From Gemmatimonadota bacterium (GTDB lineage: Bacteria > Gemmatimonadota > Gemmatimonadetes > Palauibacterales > KS3-K002): a stretch of 64,000 bases of DNA. Shown piece by piece: positions 18,734-28,057 of the stretch. Position 1 is the stretch's first letter; every line of letters starts with the position of its first letter. The translations under genes and the position numbers were made by a program. The stretch covers positions 114,546 to 178,545 of the forward strand of contig JBDHJS010000002.1 in NCBI GenBank assembly GCA_039586795.1, read 5' to 3'. The notes beneath the pieces are model-generated. The model made no database searches, was not told the DNA's origin, and saw only the letters and a list, made by a program, of their open reading frames with translations.

Positions 18734-18836
18734 TGTCTAATCTCCTGCGCCCAACCGATTACCCCACAAACCCAGATCGGGTTCCCGGCGGCTTCGCAAC
18801 GGCTTGAGTGCGCCGCACGGGCGTTGCCGGCAGCTA

Positions 18837-18866
18837 GTTAGAGACTCGAACGACCTGAAACGTTAA
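18837..18866 (-). promoter_or_regulatory. Putative ECF-sigma promoter upstream of the sigma-70 gene
   Basis: Minus strand TTAAC-N17-TCTCTAAC; same spacing and TCTAAC as the site at 10485. Confidence 0.4.
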
Positions 18867-18938
18867 AAGGTGATTCCGGTAGGGCGGGCAGCCATGGAAT
18901 ATAGGGGCTGACCGCCGTCTGTCAAGAAGCAGCGGTCG

Positions 18939-19973
18939 TCAGGTCCAGCGAAAAATCTTCAATGCTGTCAGAAAACTCACAAATCCCCAGGCCGCGACGA
19001 TGGCCAGGGCGTCGAGATTCGTCGACAGCGAAGCGCCGTCGATCATGACGGAGCGTAGCGCGTCGTTGAGCTGGGTGAGGGGGAGGGCCTTGATGAAAGG
19101 CTGCATGGCGAGGGGGAAATTGGCGTAGGAGAAGAAGACTCCGGAGAAGATCCACATGGGGAACTGGATGAAGTTCATGATCCCGGAGACGCCTTCTACA
19201 GTCTGGGCACGGCTGGCGGAGAGGAGGCCGATACCGGCGAACGCGAGGGCTCCGACGACGGCTATAACGAGCAGGTCGAGGATAGAGCCGTGGACGCGGA
19301 CGTCGAAGACGATCCAGCCAAAGCTGATGAGCGCGGCCAGCTCGCCGACCATGAAAGTCAGGCGCGAGAACATGAAGGAGAGCAGGAAGTCGCTCTTTCG
19401 CATGGGCGTGGCGAGGAAGCGCTTGAGGAGCCGCTTTCGGCGGAACTGAACGATGGTGAAGCCGATCCCCCACATGCCGGAGCCCATGAGGTTGAGGCCC
19501 AAAAGACCGGGTATGAGGAAGTCGATATAGCGAGAGCCGGGCTCGGTCAGGTGACGCTCTTCGGCGGGCCGCACGTCGGCGCGACCGGCGGCTCTCTGAA
19601 GCGCGTCGTCGACCAGCAAGCGGGCCATGCGGCTCTCGTTTCTGGCGGGATCGAACAGATATGCGACGGTGTCGCCCGGGATGACGACGAGGGCGACCCT
19701 GCCGGTCCTCAGTTGATTCTGCGCCTCCTCGGGGCCGAGCAGCGAGGCGCGGAGCTCGGGTGTAGCCTCGAGAGCCTGGACCAGAGCGGGCGCGCCCGGC
19801 CCGTCCTGTACAGCGACGTGTAGCGACTCGGCGGGCCGGTTTCGGAAGGCGATGCCGAGGCCCAGTGCGAGGAGCACCGGAAACACGAAGACCCAAAAGA
19901 TGGCTTCCGGCTCGCGCAGGAACTCGAGGAGCCGAGCGCGGGAGAGCTCGCGGAGCGGGCTTAAGCTAGCCAT
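18939..19973 (-). CDS. ABC-2 type transporter permease
   Basis: REPEAIFW, YIDFLIPGLLG, LKRFLATP, FSGVFF; six TM segments. Confidence 0.92.
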   Translation of the reverse strand: MASLSPLRELSRARLLEFLREPEAIFWVFVFPVLLALGLGIAFRNRPAESLHVAVQDGPGAPALVQALEATPELRASLLGPEEAQNQLRTGRVALVVIPGDTVAYLFDPARNESRMARLLVDDALQRAAGRADVRPAEERHLTEPGSRYIDFLIPGLLGLNLMGSGMWGIGFTIVQFRRKRLLKRFLATPMRKSDFLLSFMFSRLTFMVGELAALISFGWIVFDVRVHGSILDLLVIAVVGALAFAGIGLLSASRAQTVEGVSGIMNFIQFPMWIFSGVFFSYANFPLAMQPFIKALPLTQLNDALRSVMIDGASLSTNLDALAIVAAWGFVSFLTALKIFRWT

Positions 19974-20904
19974 CTCTGAGGTGTCTGCCGGTGAGGGCGA
20001 CGAAGACGTCTTCCAGGCTGGCGTGATGGGTGGTCAATCGCGCGAGCTCCAGATCCTGCTTCTTGAGGGCGGAGAGGAGAGCTGGAACGGCGCGGTGGAC
20101 CTGCTTCACGGTCAGGAAGATGCCCTCGCGCTCACGGCGCACGTCCTGAACGCCGGGGACCTGGCGCAGCCAATCGTCGGACGCTTGGTGGTCGTTCTCG
20201 AGGGCGAACTCGACGACGTGCTCGGCCCCGAGGGCGGCGATCAGCTCGGCGGGCGTGCCGAGAGCGATGATCTTGCCGTGATCGACGATGGCCACCCTGT
20301 CGCATAAGCGGTGCGCCTCTTCCATGTAATGGGTCGTGAGCAGGACGGTGCGGCCCGCCGCTTTGTAGTCGAAGATGAGATCCCAGAGCTGGCGTCGTGA
20401 TTGCGGATCGAGTCCTGTGGTCGGCTCGTCGAGGAACAAGAGGTCAGGCTCGTTGACCAGAGCGCAGGCCACGGCCAGTCGCTGCTGCTGGCCGCCGGAG
20501 AGGCGGGAGACCCATGCCGACCGCTTTTCCTCCAGCTCTACGATCTGCATCACCCGCTCCGGCGTGTAGCCCCGATTGTAGAAGCTGCGGAACAGTCGGA
20601 GGGTCTCCTCGACGGTGAGCTTCTCGGCCAGCTGGGTCTCCTGGAGCTGGATGCCGAGATGCTGCCTCAGCGCCCGGTCGTCGTCGCCCCATTTCATGCC
20701 GAGGATCTCGAGTTCGCCGGCGTCGGGCTTGAGCAGCCCTTCGAGCATCTCGACCGTGGTGGTCTTGCCGGCGCCGTTAGGACCCAGGAGCCCGAAGCAT
20801 TCGCCGACGTAGACCTCGAGATCGAGCCCGTCGACGGCCAGCACATCGCCGTAGCTCTTCGTCAGTCCACTGCAGCGAACGGCGACTTCAGGCTCTGAAC
20901 TCAC
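19966..20904 (-). CDS. ABC transporter ATP-binding protein
   Basis: GPNGAGKT, LSGGQ, LFLDEPTTGLD, TTH. Confidence 0.95.
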   Translation of the reverse strand: MSSEPEVAVRCSGLTKSYGDVLAVDGLDLEVYVGECFGLLGPNGAGKTTTVEMLEGLLKPDAGELEILGMKWGDDDRALRQHLGIQLQETQLAEKLTVEETLRLFRSFYNRGYTPERVMQIVELEEKRSAWVSRLSGGQQQRLAVACALVNEPDLLFLDEPTTGLDPQSRRQLWDLIFDYKAAGRTVLLTTHYMEEAHRLCDRVAIVDHGKIIALGTPAELIAALGAEHVVEFALENDHQASDDWLRQVPGVQDVRREREGIFLTVKQVHRAVPALLSALKKQDLELARLTTHHASLEDVFVALTGRHLRDG

Positions 20905-20929
20905 TATCCTCTCCGCTGTTCTTCGGGTA

Positions 20930-21406
20930 CTACTCGCCGATTGACATCAACTCCACGTCGAAGATCAGCGTTGCCCGAGGCGGAATGACCGGCGGACGAC
21001 CCGCTTCGCCGTAGGCGAGGTTGAACGGGATGATCAAGCGGCGCTGCTCGCCTACCTGCATAGAGCCAACACCTTCATCCCAGCCGGGAATCACAGCGCC
21101 GACGCCGATGGGGATGGTGATCGGCTGTCCGCGATCGACGGAGCTGTCGAACTTCGTGCCGTCCGTGAGCCATCCCGTATAGTGCACGCTTACCTGCTGG
21201 CCGGTCTGCGGCGGCTCGCCGGACCCGGTGCAGATGACGATGTACTCCAAACCGGTCTCCGTTGTTATCGTCTCGCCGGCCAACTCTGGCGGACCGCCTT
21301 CAGTGCTCATCAAGTGTGCCTCCGGGTCGCAAGCGTTGTCAGGCTGGCCGGCGCAGCCGACCGCGAGGGACAGAGTCAGAATCGCGATTCCTGCTCTGGT
21401 CAACAT
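20930..21406 (-). CDS. FKBP-type peptidyl-prolyl isomerase, lipoprotein
   Basis: Lipobox AVGC; VHYTGWL.DGTKFDSS, VIPGWDEG, LAYG, LIFDVEL. Confidence 0.93.
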   Translation of the reverse strand: MLTRAGIAILTLSLAVGCAGQPDNACDPEAHLMSTEGGPPELAGETITTETGLEYIVICTGSGEPPQTGQQVSVHYTGWLTDGTKFDSSVDRGQPITIPIGVGAVIPGWDEGVGSMQVGEQRRLIIPFNLAYGEAGRPPVIPPRATLIFDVELMSIGE

Positions 21407-21619
21407 CGTATGCTCCTGTCTTCGTCAGGCAGTGGGGCACGCCGGGCGCGCCTGGTAACTAGGAATCCAAGGGCAGAGAGTATCCGCCCGTGAGTGGCCC
21501 CGCAACCGGCGACAGCTGATCGGGACCGCCGGCCGCGGTGTTGGGGTAGCATTGAAACGACTCGCGAAGCATTGTACGGCACCACAGAATCGACCATCAG
21601 CCCCTTCAAAGGGATGATC

Positions 21620-23887
21620 ATGGATAAGACATCAGCCCGACTGGGGCTTCTTGCGCTTTTTGCGTTCGCACCGTCGGGGGCGTTGGCGCAGGAGGATGAC
21701 ATCGGCTGGCCACGCGAGTTCATGCATGACGAGTACACGATCGTGGTCTATCAGCCACAGCTGGAGACGTTCGACGGTGATCATTTAGTCGGCCGCGCGG
21801 CGTTCTCCGCCAATCGTGAGGGCGAAGAGCCGGGCTTCGGGGCGTTTTGGTTCGACGCGCTTGTGGAGACGGATCGCGATGAGCGATTGGTCACGGTGGT
21901 GAACATCGATGTACCGCGGGTGCGCTTCGGCGAACTCACTGAGGAGCAGCGGTCCGTGGCGGCGGAGATCATCGCCGAGGAAACGACGAGCTGGCACATG
22001 GTGATCTCGCTGGATCGGATTCTGACGGGGATCGATCTGGCTGAGCGAGAACGCGTGGCTTCGGAGGGCCTGGCAACAGATCCGCCGCGAATCATCTTCG
22101 CGACGGAACCGACGATGCTGGTGATTCTGGATGGCAAGGCGATCCTCCACGACATAGAGAACACGGACATGAAACGCGTGGTGAACACGCCGTTCACCAT
22201 CGTCTACGATTCGCAAGGCCGGGAGTACTACCTGTATGCGGGAGAGGCCGCGTGGTTTGCCGCGATCGATGTGATGGGCCCGTGGGAGCTATCGGACCAT
22301 ACTCCTGAGAAAGTGCAGGCACTGATCCCTCCGGATACAGCGCAGGTGGAGGAGTCGCCCGAGGAGGAACCGGAAGAGCCCGTCGACATCGAGGACGTGA
22401 AGATCGTGGTTGCGACGGAACCGACGGAGCTGATCCAGACGGATGGCTCTCCGCAGTATGGATCGCTAACCGACACCGATCTGCTTTATGTATCGAACAC
22501 CGAGAGCGATGTGTTCGTCGATATCGAATCGCAGCTCTTCTACATCGTGTTAGCCGGGCGCTGGTATTCGGCTGGCGATCTCGAGGGCCCATGGACCTAC
22601 GTACCCTCCGATTCGCTGCCGGACGATTTCCAGAAGATCCCGCCGGACTCGGATCGCGGCAGCGTGCTGGTGTACGTGGCGGGCACGGAGCAGGCAAACG
22701 ACGCGGTGCTCGACAACTCGATTCCGCAGACGTCGGCGGTGAAGAGAGACGCGGCGCTGGAAGTGACCTACGATGGCGACCCCAAGTTCGAGGCGATCGA
22801 AGGCACGGAGATGAGCTACGCGGTCAACACCGAGTTCCAGGTGTTGGAGATCGACGGCAGATACTACGCTTGTTACGAAGCGGTCTGGTACGAGTCGGAC
22901 AGCCCGCAGGGTACGTTTACCGTCGCGACGGATGTGCCGGACGACATCCAGGAGATCCCACCGGAGAACCCGAACTACAACGTCAAGTACGTCTATGTCT
23001 ATGACTCGACGCCGGAAGTTGTCTACGTCGGGTACACGCCGGGCTACACGTGGAGTTACGTGTACGGCCCGACCGTCGTCTACGGAACCGGGTGGTGGTA
23101 CCGTCCCTGGATCAGCCCGTTCTTCTTCTACCCGCGACCGATGACGTGGGGCTTTCGCATCACGTACAACCCGTGGTGGGGATGGAGCATGGGCTTCGGG
23201 TTCAGGACCGGTCCGTTCTTCTTCGGGTTTCGCTGGGGTCCAACGATGTGGCGCCGACCGGTCGGCTGGTGGGGCCCGGCGGGTTTCCGGCACGGTTATC
23301 ACCGCGGCTTTCACCGAGGCTACGGCGCCGGGTTCCGAGCGGGCTACCAGGCAGGTCAGCGGTCGGCCCGCAACTCCAACATCTACGGCCGCCAGCGGAA
23401 CGCGTCGCGCAATGTAGATCGGGCGACGGCGCGGGCGAACATGAACCAGAGACAGGGGCGTCAAGGGACGGCCCGCACTCAGCAGCAGAGGGCCGGCGCG
23501 GGTACGGGAAGCCGCCAGCAGCCGCAGCGCGCTCAAGGGCGCGATAACAATGTGTATACGGGCCGCAACGGTGACGTCTACCGTCGCAACTCTGACGGCA
23601 GTTGGCAGATGCGCGATCAGCAGAACTGGCGGGGCGCCGATCGCTCGCAGGTTGAAGGCCGAGGCCAGGGCGGGGATCGAGCGGGCGCCGGGGCGGGCAA
23701 TCGGGCGGGTCAGCAGCCGTCGACCCGGCAGGGATCGACAGGCTACAACCAGAACAGGACGACGAACCGTAGCGGCAATCTCAACCGCGAGTATCAGAAT
23801 CGAAATCGTGGGACGTCGCGGACGCAGAGCTATAATCGGAGCCGGAGTAGTGCTAGTCGCAGCCGAGGCGGTGGGAGGAGGCGGTAG
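21620..23887 (+). CDS. Secreted protein of unknown function: three acidic internal repeats, aromatic-rich segment, R/Q/G/N-rich tail
   Basis: Signal peptide from MDKTSARL (start 21614 or 21620, not 21494); repeated DG.P....T....NT units; low-complexity C-terminus. Confidence 0.8.
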   Translation: MDKTSARLGLLALFAFAPSGALAQEDDIGWPREFMHDEYTIVVYQPQLETFDGDHLVGRAAFSANREGEEPGFGAFWFDALVETDRDERLVTVVNIDVPRVRFGELTEEQRSVAAEIIAEETTSWHMVISLDRILTGIDLAERERVASEGLATDPPRIIFATEPTMLVILDGKAILHDIENTDMKRVVNTPFTIVYDSQGREYYLYAGEAAWFAAIDVMGPWELSDHTPEKVQALIPPDTAQVEESPEEEPEEPVDIEDVKIVVATEPTELIQTDGSPQYGSLTDTDLLYVSNTESDVFVDIESQLFYIVLAGRWYSAGDLEGPWTYVPSDSLPDDFQKIPPDSDRGSVLVYVAGTEQANDAVLDNSIPQTSAVKRDAALEVTYDGDPKFEAIEGTEMSYAVNTEFQVLEIDGRYYACYEAVWYESDSPQGTFTVATDVPDDIQEIPPENPNYNVKYVYVYDSTPEVVYVGYTPGYTWSYVYGPTVVYGTGWWYRPWISPFFFYPRPMTWGFRITYNPWWGWSMGFGFRTGPFFFGFRWGPTMWRRPVGWWGPAGFRHGYHRGFHRGYGAGFRAGYQAGQRSARNSNIYGRQRNASRNVDRATARANMNQRQGRQGTARTQQQRAGAGTGSRQQPQRAQGRDNNVYTGRNGDVYRRNSDGSWQMRDQQNWRGADRSQVEGRGQGGDRAGAGAGNRAGQQPSTRQGSTGYNQNRTTNRSGNLNREYQNRNRGTSRTQSYNRSRSSASRSRGGGRRR

Positions 23888-23968
23888 GTCGTGGGTGGTA
23901 GGTGGTAGATGGTAGGTGGTGGGTCGTAAGCGAACCGTAGTTAGTGTCGCGTACCACCTACCACTTAC
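23884..23968. repeat. Inverted pair of degenerate heptamer arrays (GTRGGTS x7 / CACYTAC x2-3)
   Basis: gtaggtc gtgggtg gtaggtg gtagatg gtaggtg gtgggtc gtaagcg ... cgcgtac cacctac cacttac; between convergent genes. Confidence 0.88.
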
Positions 23969-24746
23969 CCCGTTTCCTCTCCTTCGCGGGCAACACCTCG
24001 TTGCACGTCGTCCACCATCCCGTTCGGATCGTCTCGATAAACTCGTCGGGCAGGCCTTCGTCGGACATCTCTCCGGCCAGCGTCTCGTAGTCGTAGGAGA
24101 CGGGCATGAGTTCGACTGCGGGGCCATTCTCGTCGGACGAGATGATCGCGTACCAGACCTCGGTGCGGCCATCGTTTGCGGGTCGGCCGATGGCGCCGAC
24201 GTTGACGAACAGGCGTCCACCTGGTAGCTGACGGCTCCATGGGATGCCGGTGTGAGTGCACAGTATGATGTCGGCGTCGAAATCGCGGCAGAGCTTCTCG
24301 AGGAAATGAGTTGGCGTCGTCGTCTGCCAAAGAAACTCGTTCATGCGTCGCGGACTGCCGTGGCACATGAGCACGCGCCGTCCGTCCATCTCGATTCGCA
24401 GATTCTCAGGTAGCTCGTCCATCCACTCGCGCCACCTTGTACTGGTATTCTCGAACGTGTAGCGATAGGAGATGCGTGCGAAGTGGTTGTCTCGGGGATC
24501 GGTATAGCCGCACTGGCAGTCGTCCAGCCCGCGAGCTATCGAGTCGTCGTAGTTGCCACGTATCGTTTGGACTTCATTGTCGACCAGGAGGGGAAAGACG
24601 CGGTCGGGATGGGGACCGAATGCGCCGAGGTCGCCAAGACAGAAGAGATTCCTCGCGCCGCGGCTACGGGCATCGGCGATCACCGCCTGCAGTGCAAGGT
24701 AGTTCGAGTAGACGCCACCGAAGACAGCAATTGGGCCAACACTCAT
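23958..24746 (-). CDS. Calcineurin-like metallophosphoesterase (atypical first motif)
   Basis: FGGVYSN, CLGDL, RGNYD, CHGSP, THTG, NVGAIG; CQCGY insert. Confidence 0.88.
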   Translation of the reverse strand: MSVGPIAVFGGVYSNYLALQAVIADARSRGARNLFCLGDLGAFGPHPDRVFPLLVDNEVQTIRGNYDDSIARGLDDCQCGYTDPRDNHFARISYRYTFENTSTRWREWMDELPENLRIEMDGRRVLMCHGSPRRMNEFLWQTTTPTHFLEKLCRDFDADIILCTHTGIPWSRQLPGGRLFVNVGAIGRPANDGRTEVWYAIISSDENGPAVELMPVSYDYETLAGEMSDEGLPDEFIETIRTGWWTTCNEVLPAKERKRGKW

Positions 24747-25651
24747 CGCTCTTCACCAATCCCGGCCGCGTTGGTGCAGATCGCTCCGTGCGCCCAGCAG
24801 GTGTAGCAGGCCGAATGGCGCAGCGGGAAGGGTCGGTCCGCCTCATCTAGGGTCTGACCGAGATTCGCGTCATCCGCGTCGAGTAGTATCGGGCAAACGT
24901 AGATTCCACGATTCGTCACGACACGGCCGGAGGAGCAGAGGAGTGTTCCGACATCGAAGCCACACATCATCTCGTCTGTTACAATCTCGACATCCGCGTA
25001 ACCTCGCGATCTGACGGCCTCTCGTCCTAGATAGATAGACGGGAGGATCTTGACGCGCGGACGTTCATAGCCAACGGCGCGCAGCGCTTCGAAGAACTGT
25101 CCGAGCACCCGGTCGTTCTCAGCATGCTCCCATACTTGAGCCGCGGTAATGATCGGTAGGAAGCCATGCGCGACGAGCTTTCTTACTCCTTCCATCGCTC
25201 GCGCGAACGTACCGGCGCCCCTGATCGGGTCGTTTGTCTCCGGAGTTGGCCCATCCAGGCTGACCCTGAGTTCGAGAGAGTAGGGTGAGCCGGCATCGAT
25301 CTCAGCCAGGCGACGAACCGTTCTATCGGGCAGCAGCGTGGCGTTGGTCAGCACGCTGCCAGGGCCAATCGCCAGCGTCTCCTGGAGCATCGGCAGCAGC
25401 TGCTTGTGCATGAAGGGCTCGCCGCCGGTGAAGTAGTACTCTTTCACACCCCACGCTCTGGACTGCTCCAGGTAATCGCGGACCGTATCCAGCTCCAGAA
25501 ACCAGAAGCTGTGGTTGCGTGGCGCGCAGGAAATGAAGCAGTGAGTGCACTGCAGATTACAGACGGTGCCGGCCACCTGGAACCAGAGATAGTCCAGGCT
25601 GGCGAGTGGCACGTCGGGGACGCGTCGGGTTACGGTCTCGATCGCTTGCAT
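24743..25651 (-). CDS. Radical SAM protein (ArsS-related clade by motif resemblance)
   Basis: LWFQVAGTVCNLQCTHC, FTGGEPF, LTN, C-terminal LLC...VCP...HSACYTC...C. Start set at MQAIE; stop overlaps the next gene (ATGA). Confidence 0.88.
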   Translation of the reverse strand: MQAIETVTRRVPDVPLASLDYLWFQVAGTVCNLQCTHCFISCAPRNHSFWFLELDTVRDYLEQSRAWGVKEYYFTGGEPFMHKQLLPMLQETLAIGPGSVLTNATLLPDRTVRRLAEIDAGSPYSLELRVSLDGPTPETNDPIRGAGTFARAMEGVRKLVAHGFLPIITAAQVWEHAENDRVLGQFFEALRAVGYERPRVKILPSIYLGREAVRSRGYADVEIVTDEMMCGFDVGTLLCSSGRVVTNRGIYVCPILLDADDANLGQTLDEADRPFPLRHSACYTCWAHGAICTNAAGIGEER

Positions 25652-25837
25652 GTCGTTTCTGCGAACGTGAGGCCGGGAGGCGCAGTTCCGCAATACCTGT
25701 CCGCGGTGAGGGCGCGTAACGCCAGCCGCTGGTGTGGAGCCGGCTGCGATTGATCCGCGGGGTAAGGTGGATTATCATGGACAGTTGCGGGGCCCGGGGC
25801 TAGTTTGTGGGCCCGATCGTTGACGGGCGGAGGCTCA

Positions 25838-26578
25838 ATGAAGTGGACACACGCGGGTAGAAGCGACGTCGGAAAAGTCCGGCAAGGGAATGAAGACTCC
25901 CTCTTCGCGAGCGAGGAGAAGGGGGTCTTTGTTGTGGCGGACGGGATGGGCGGCCACGTGGCCGGGGAGGTGGCCAGCCAGATCGTCGCTGAGACCGTAG
26001 GCCCGGGCGTGTGCGAGGCGGTGGATCGGGGCTTGCGAGGTGCCGAGCTCGAGAGCCGGATGCTGGACCTGATCGAGGAAGCCAATCAGGCGATACTCAA
26101 GCGAGCCGACGAGGAGCCCGACAAACGGGGGATGGGGACGACCCTGACGCTTCTGGCGCTGGTTCCGGAAGGTGAATACGTGATCCATCAGGTGGGTGAC
26201 AGTCGGGGCTACCTGCTGCGGAACGGCTCCCTGAGCCAGATCACCCGGGATCACACGGTCGTCCAGCAGCAGGTCGATCGAGGCGCTCTCACGCCCGAGC
26301 AGGCCCGTGAGCACCCGCTATCCCACATCCTGACGCGGGCCCTGGGCACGGAGCCAAACGTGGACGCCGACACGTACGGCTCGAGCTACGAGCCTGGCGA
26401 TACGTTCCTCTTGTGCTCGGACGGATTGAGCGGGATGGTCCCGGATGATGATCTTGAGCAGATACTCAAGACATCGGGTGACGACTTGCAGGTCGCGGCT
26501 GACGCGCTGATCGAAGCCGCCAACGCGGCCGGCGGGATGGACAACATCACGGCCATTATTGTGAGAGTCGAAGAATAG
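25838..26578 (+). CDS. PP2C-family Ser/Thr protein phosphatase (Stp1/PrpC-like)
   Basis: RQGNED, VADGMGGH, MGTT, VGDSRGY, LCSDGL, GGMDNIT; GGAGG RBS. Confidence 0.95.
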   Translation: MKWTHAGRSDVGKVRQGNEDSLFASEEKGVFVVADGMGGHVAGEVASQIVAETVGPGVCEAVDRGLRGAELESRMLDLIEEANQAILKRADEEPDKRGMGTTLTLLALVPEGEYVIHQVGDSRGYLLRNGSLSQITRDHTVVQQQVDRGALTPEQAREHPLSHILTRALGTEPNVDADTYGSSYEPGDTFLLCSDGLSGMVPDDDLEQILKTSGDDLQVAADALIEAANAAGGMDNITAIIVRVEE

Positions 26579-26600
26579 GGCCCTGGTGCTGATCGAAGTC

Positions 26601-26629
26601 GAGGAGCGGAGTATCGCTCCTCTTTTTTT
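26601..26629 (+). terminator. Rho-independent terminator
   Basis: GAGGAGCG-GAGTAT-CGCTCCTC followed by T7. Confidence 0.88.
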
Positions 26630-26650
26630 GGGGGGCGTGCAGTCTGCCTG

Positions 26651-27970
26651 TCAGGATCCTATCAGATTCTCGATTTCTTCCTGAGGAGCGGTTACCAACT
26701 CCAGAACCCTTTCCGGCTCCGGCATAGTAACACGTGGCCAGCAGAAGACGCGGAGCACGCGGGCTGTATGGTAGAGGTCGCGGCCCATGCGGGGCAGGTC
26801 GATCAGGCCGGCGCGCCCGGCTGAGGTGAGCCTCTGAACCGAGCCGTCTCTAGCCAGCATCAGTATATCCAGTTCCAGCATCCTGGCCTTGGCCGGGTAG
26901 TCGAGGAACAGCGAGCCGGGCTCGAGGCCGAACTCGACCGCCAGGTGATCCTCGAGCGCCGACCGTAGATCGGGCCGTTCGTGCAGCCAGGGTGCTACTT
27001 CGCGGCCGAGTCGGCCCAGAGCCTCGGCGAGGCTGTCACCGGACCATTCGGCTGCCCGTTTCGGCAGGCGGCGATTGCGGATCGCCGGCAACAGCCGTTC
27101 GCGCGCCCGTCGTGCGCTCTCGGAGTCGCTGGCCAGAGCCAGATTGCCTAGCGTGTCGATCAGCTCTTCATCGCCCTTCCCTACAACATGGTCGCGTACG
27201 GCCCAGCCGCCGGAAAGCGCTTCGCGAATCAATCGCTGGAACACGACGGAAGCCGCGCGGACGGCGTGATGCCAGTAGACGTTGCGAAACATCTGGTACT
27301 TGGCGAACAACAGAGACTCGAGTGCGGCGATACCGCGGACGGCGACCCCCAACTCGCGCCGCCCGGTTTCCGGATCGTCGAGCAGCAGCAATGAATCGAG
27401 TAACCGATCCACGTCGACCCTGCCGTAGGGGACGCCGCAGAAATGTGCGTCCCGGGTCAGATACTCGATCTTGTCCAGATCGAGTGATCCGGAGACCAGC
27501 CCCTGGAGCGGGCTCTCGGCGCGCCCCTGAATCAGCTGGTGAATCTCATCCGCCGCGCTCGACCCAAGCGACGCGAGCGCCTTAGCCACTTCCGGGTCGC
27601 CCAGGAATTGGCCAGCCTGCTGCTCATGATCGTCCGGTACCAACCCCGTCTCCAGCTCTTCCATAGTGTGGCTGAACGGGTAGTGGCCAATATCGTGGAG
27701 GAGCCCGGCGAGTCGCAGAATCGAAGACTCGCGATCGGTCAGCCGGCCAAGCTCACTCTGGTCTGCCAGCTGGCGGAGGGCGCGCCCCGTCAGGTGGTAA
27801 ACTCCCAGGGCGTGATCGAAGCGTGTGTGCACAGCGCCCGGGTAGACTAGATAGGCCAGGCCGAGCTGTTTGACACGTCGCAGTCTCTGAAAGGCGGGCG
27901 TGTCGATGAGCTGGAGCGCTGGAGGCTCGATCCAGATGTTGGACCAGATCGGATCGCGGATTACGGTCAT
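26651..27970 (-). CDS. HD-domain phosphohydrolase, SAMHD1-like dNTP triphosphohydrolase family
   Basis: IRDPIW, FQRLRRVKQLG, HTRFDHALG, LLHDIGH.PFSH, DLDKIEYL.RD, VYWH. Confidence 0.9.
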   Translation of the reverse strand: MTVIRDPIWSNIWIEPPALQLIDTPAFQRLRRVKQLGLAYLVYPGAVHTRFDHALGVYHLTGRALRQLADQSELGRLTDRESSILRLAGLLHDIGHYPFSHTMEELETGLVPDDHEQQAGQFLGDPEVAKALASLGSSAADEIHQLIQGRAESPLQGLVSGSLDLDKIEYLTRDAHFCGVPYGRVDVDRLLDSLLLLDDPETGRRELGVAVRGIAALESLLFAKYQMFRNVYWHHAVRAASVVFQRLIREALSGGWAVRDHVVGKGDEELIDTLGNLALASDSESARRARERLLPAIRNRRLPKRAAEWSGDSLAEALGRLGREVAPWLHERPDLRSALEDHLAVEFGLEPGSLFLDYPAKARMLELDILMLARDGSVQRLTSAGRAGLIDLPRMGRDLYHTARVLRVFCWPRVTMPEPERVLELVTAPQEEIENLIGS

Positions 27971-28057
27971 GGCCCTAATCTGAATACCGCGGCAGCGGCT
28001 GCAAGAAGGTCGCGTGTCTAGGCGAAATCGGGCCGTGGTCCTAGATCGAGGTTCGCT

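Noticed and set aside
22550..24220. 556-aa minus-strand ORF spanning the heptamer repeat
   Set aside because: Antisense to a well-formed gene and off-frame to the phosphoesterase; its PTT repeats are just the translated DNA repeat.
24743..25693. Possible selenocysteine read-through in the ArsS-like radical SAM or neighbours
   Set aside because: The ORFs are complete with Cys codons; the terminal TGA overlaps the next ATG and I see no SECIS-like need for extension.
25779..25796. GCCCCGCAACTGT on the minus strand, resembling part of a cobalamin riboswitch
   Set aside because: The upstream AGGGAA/CGGTG elements and the downstream B12-box are absent.
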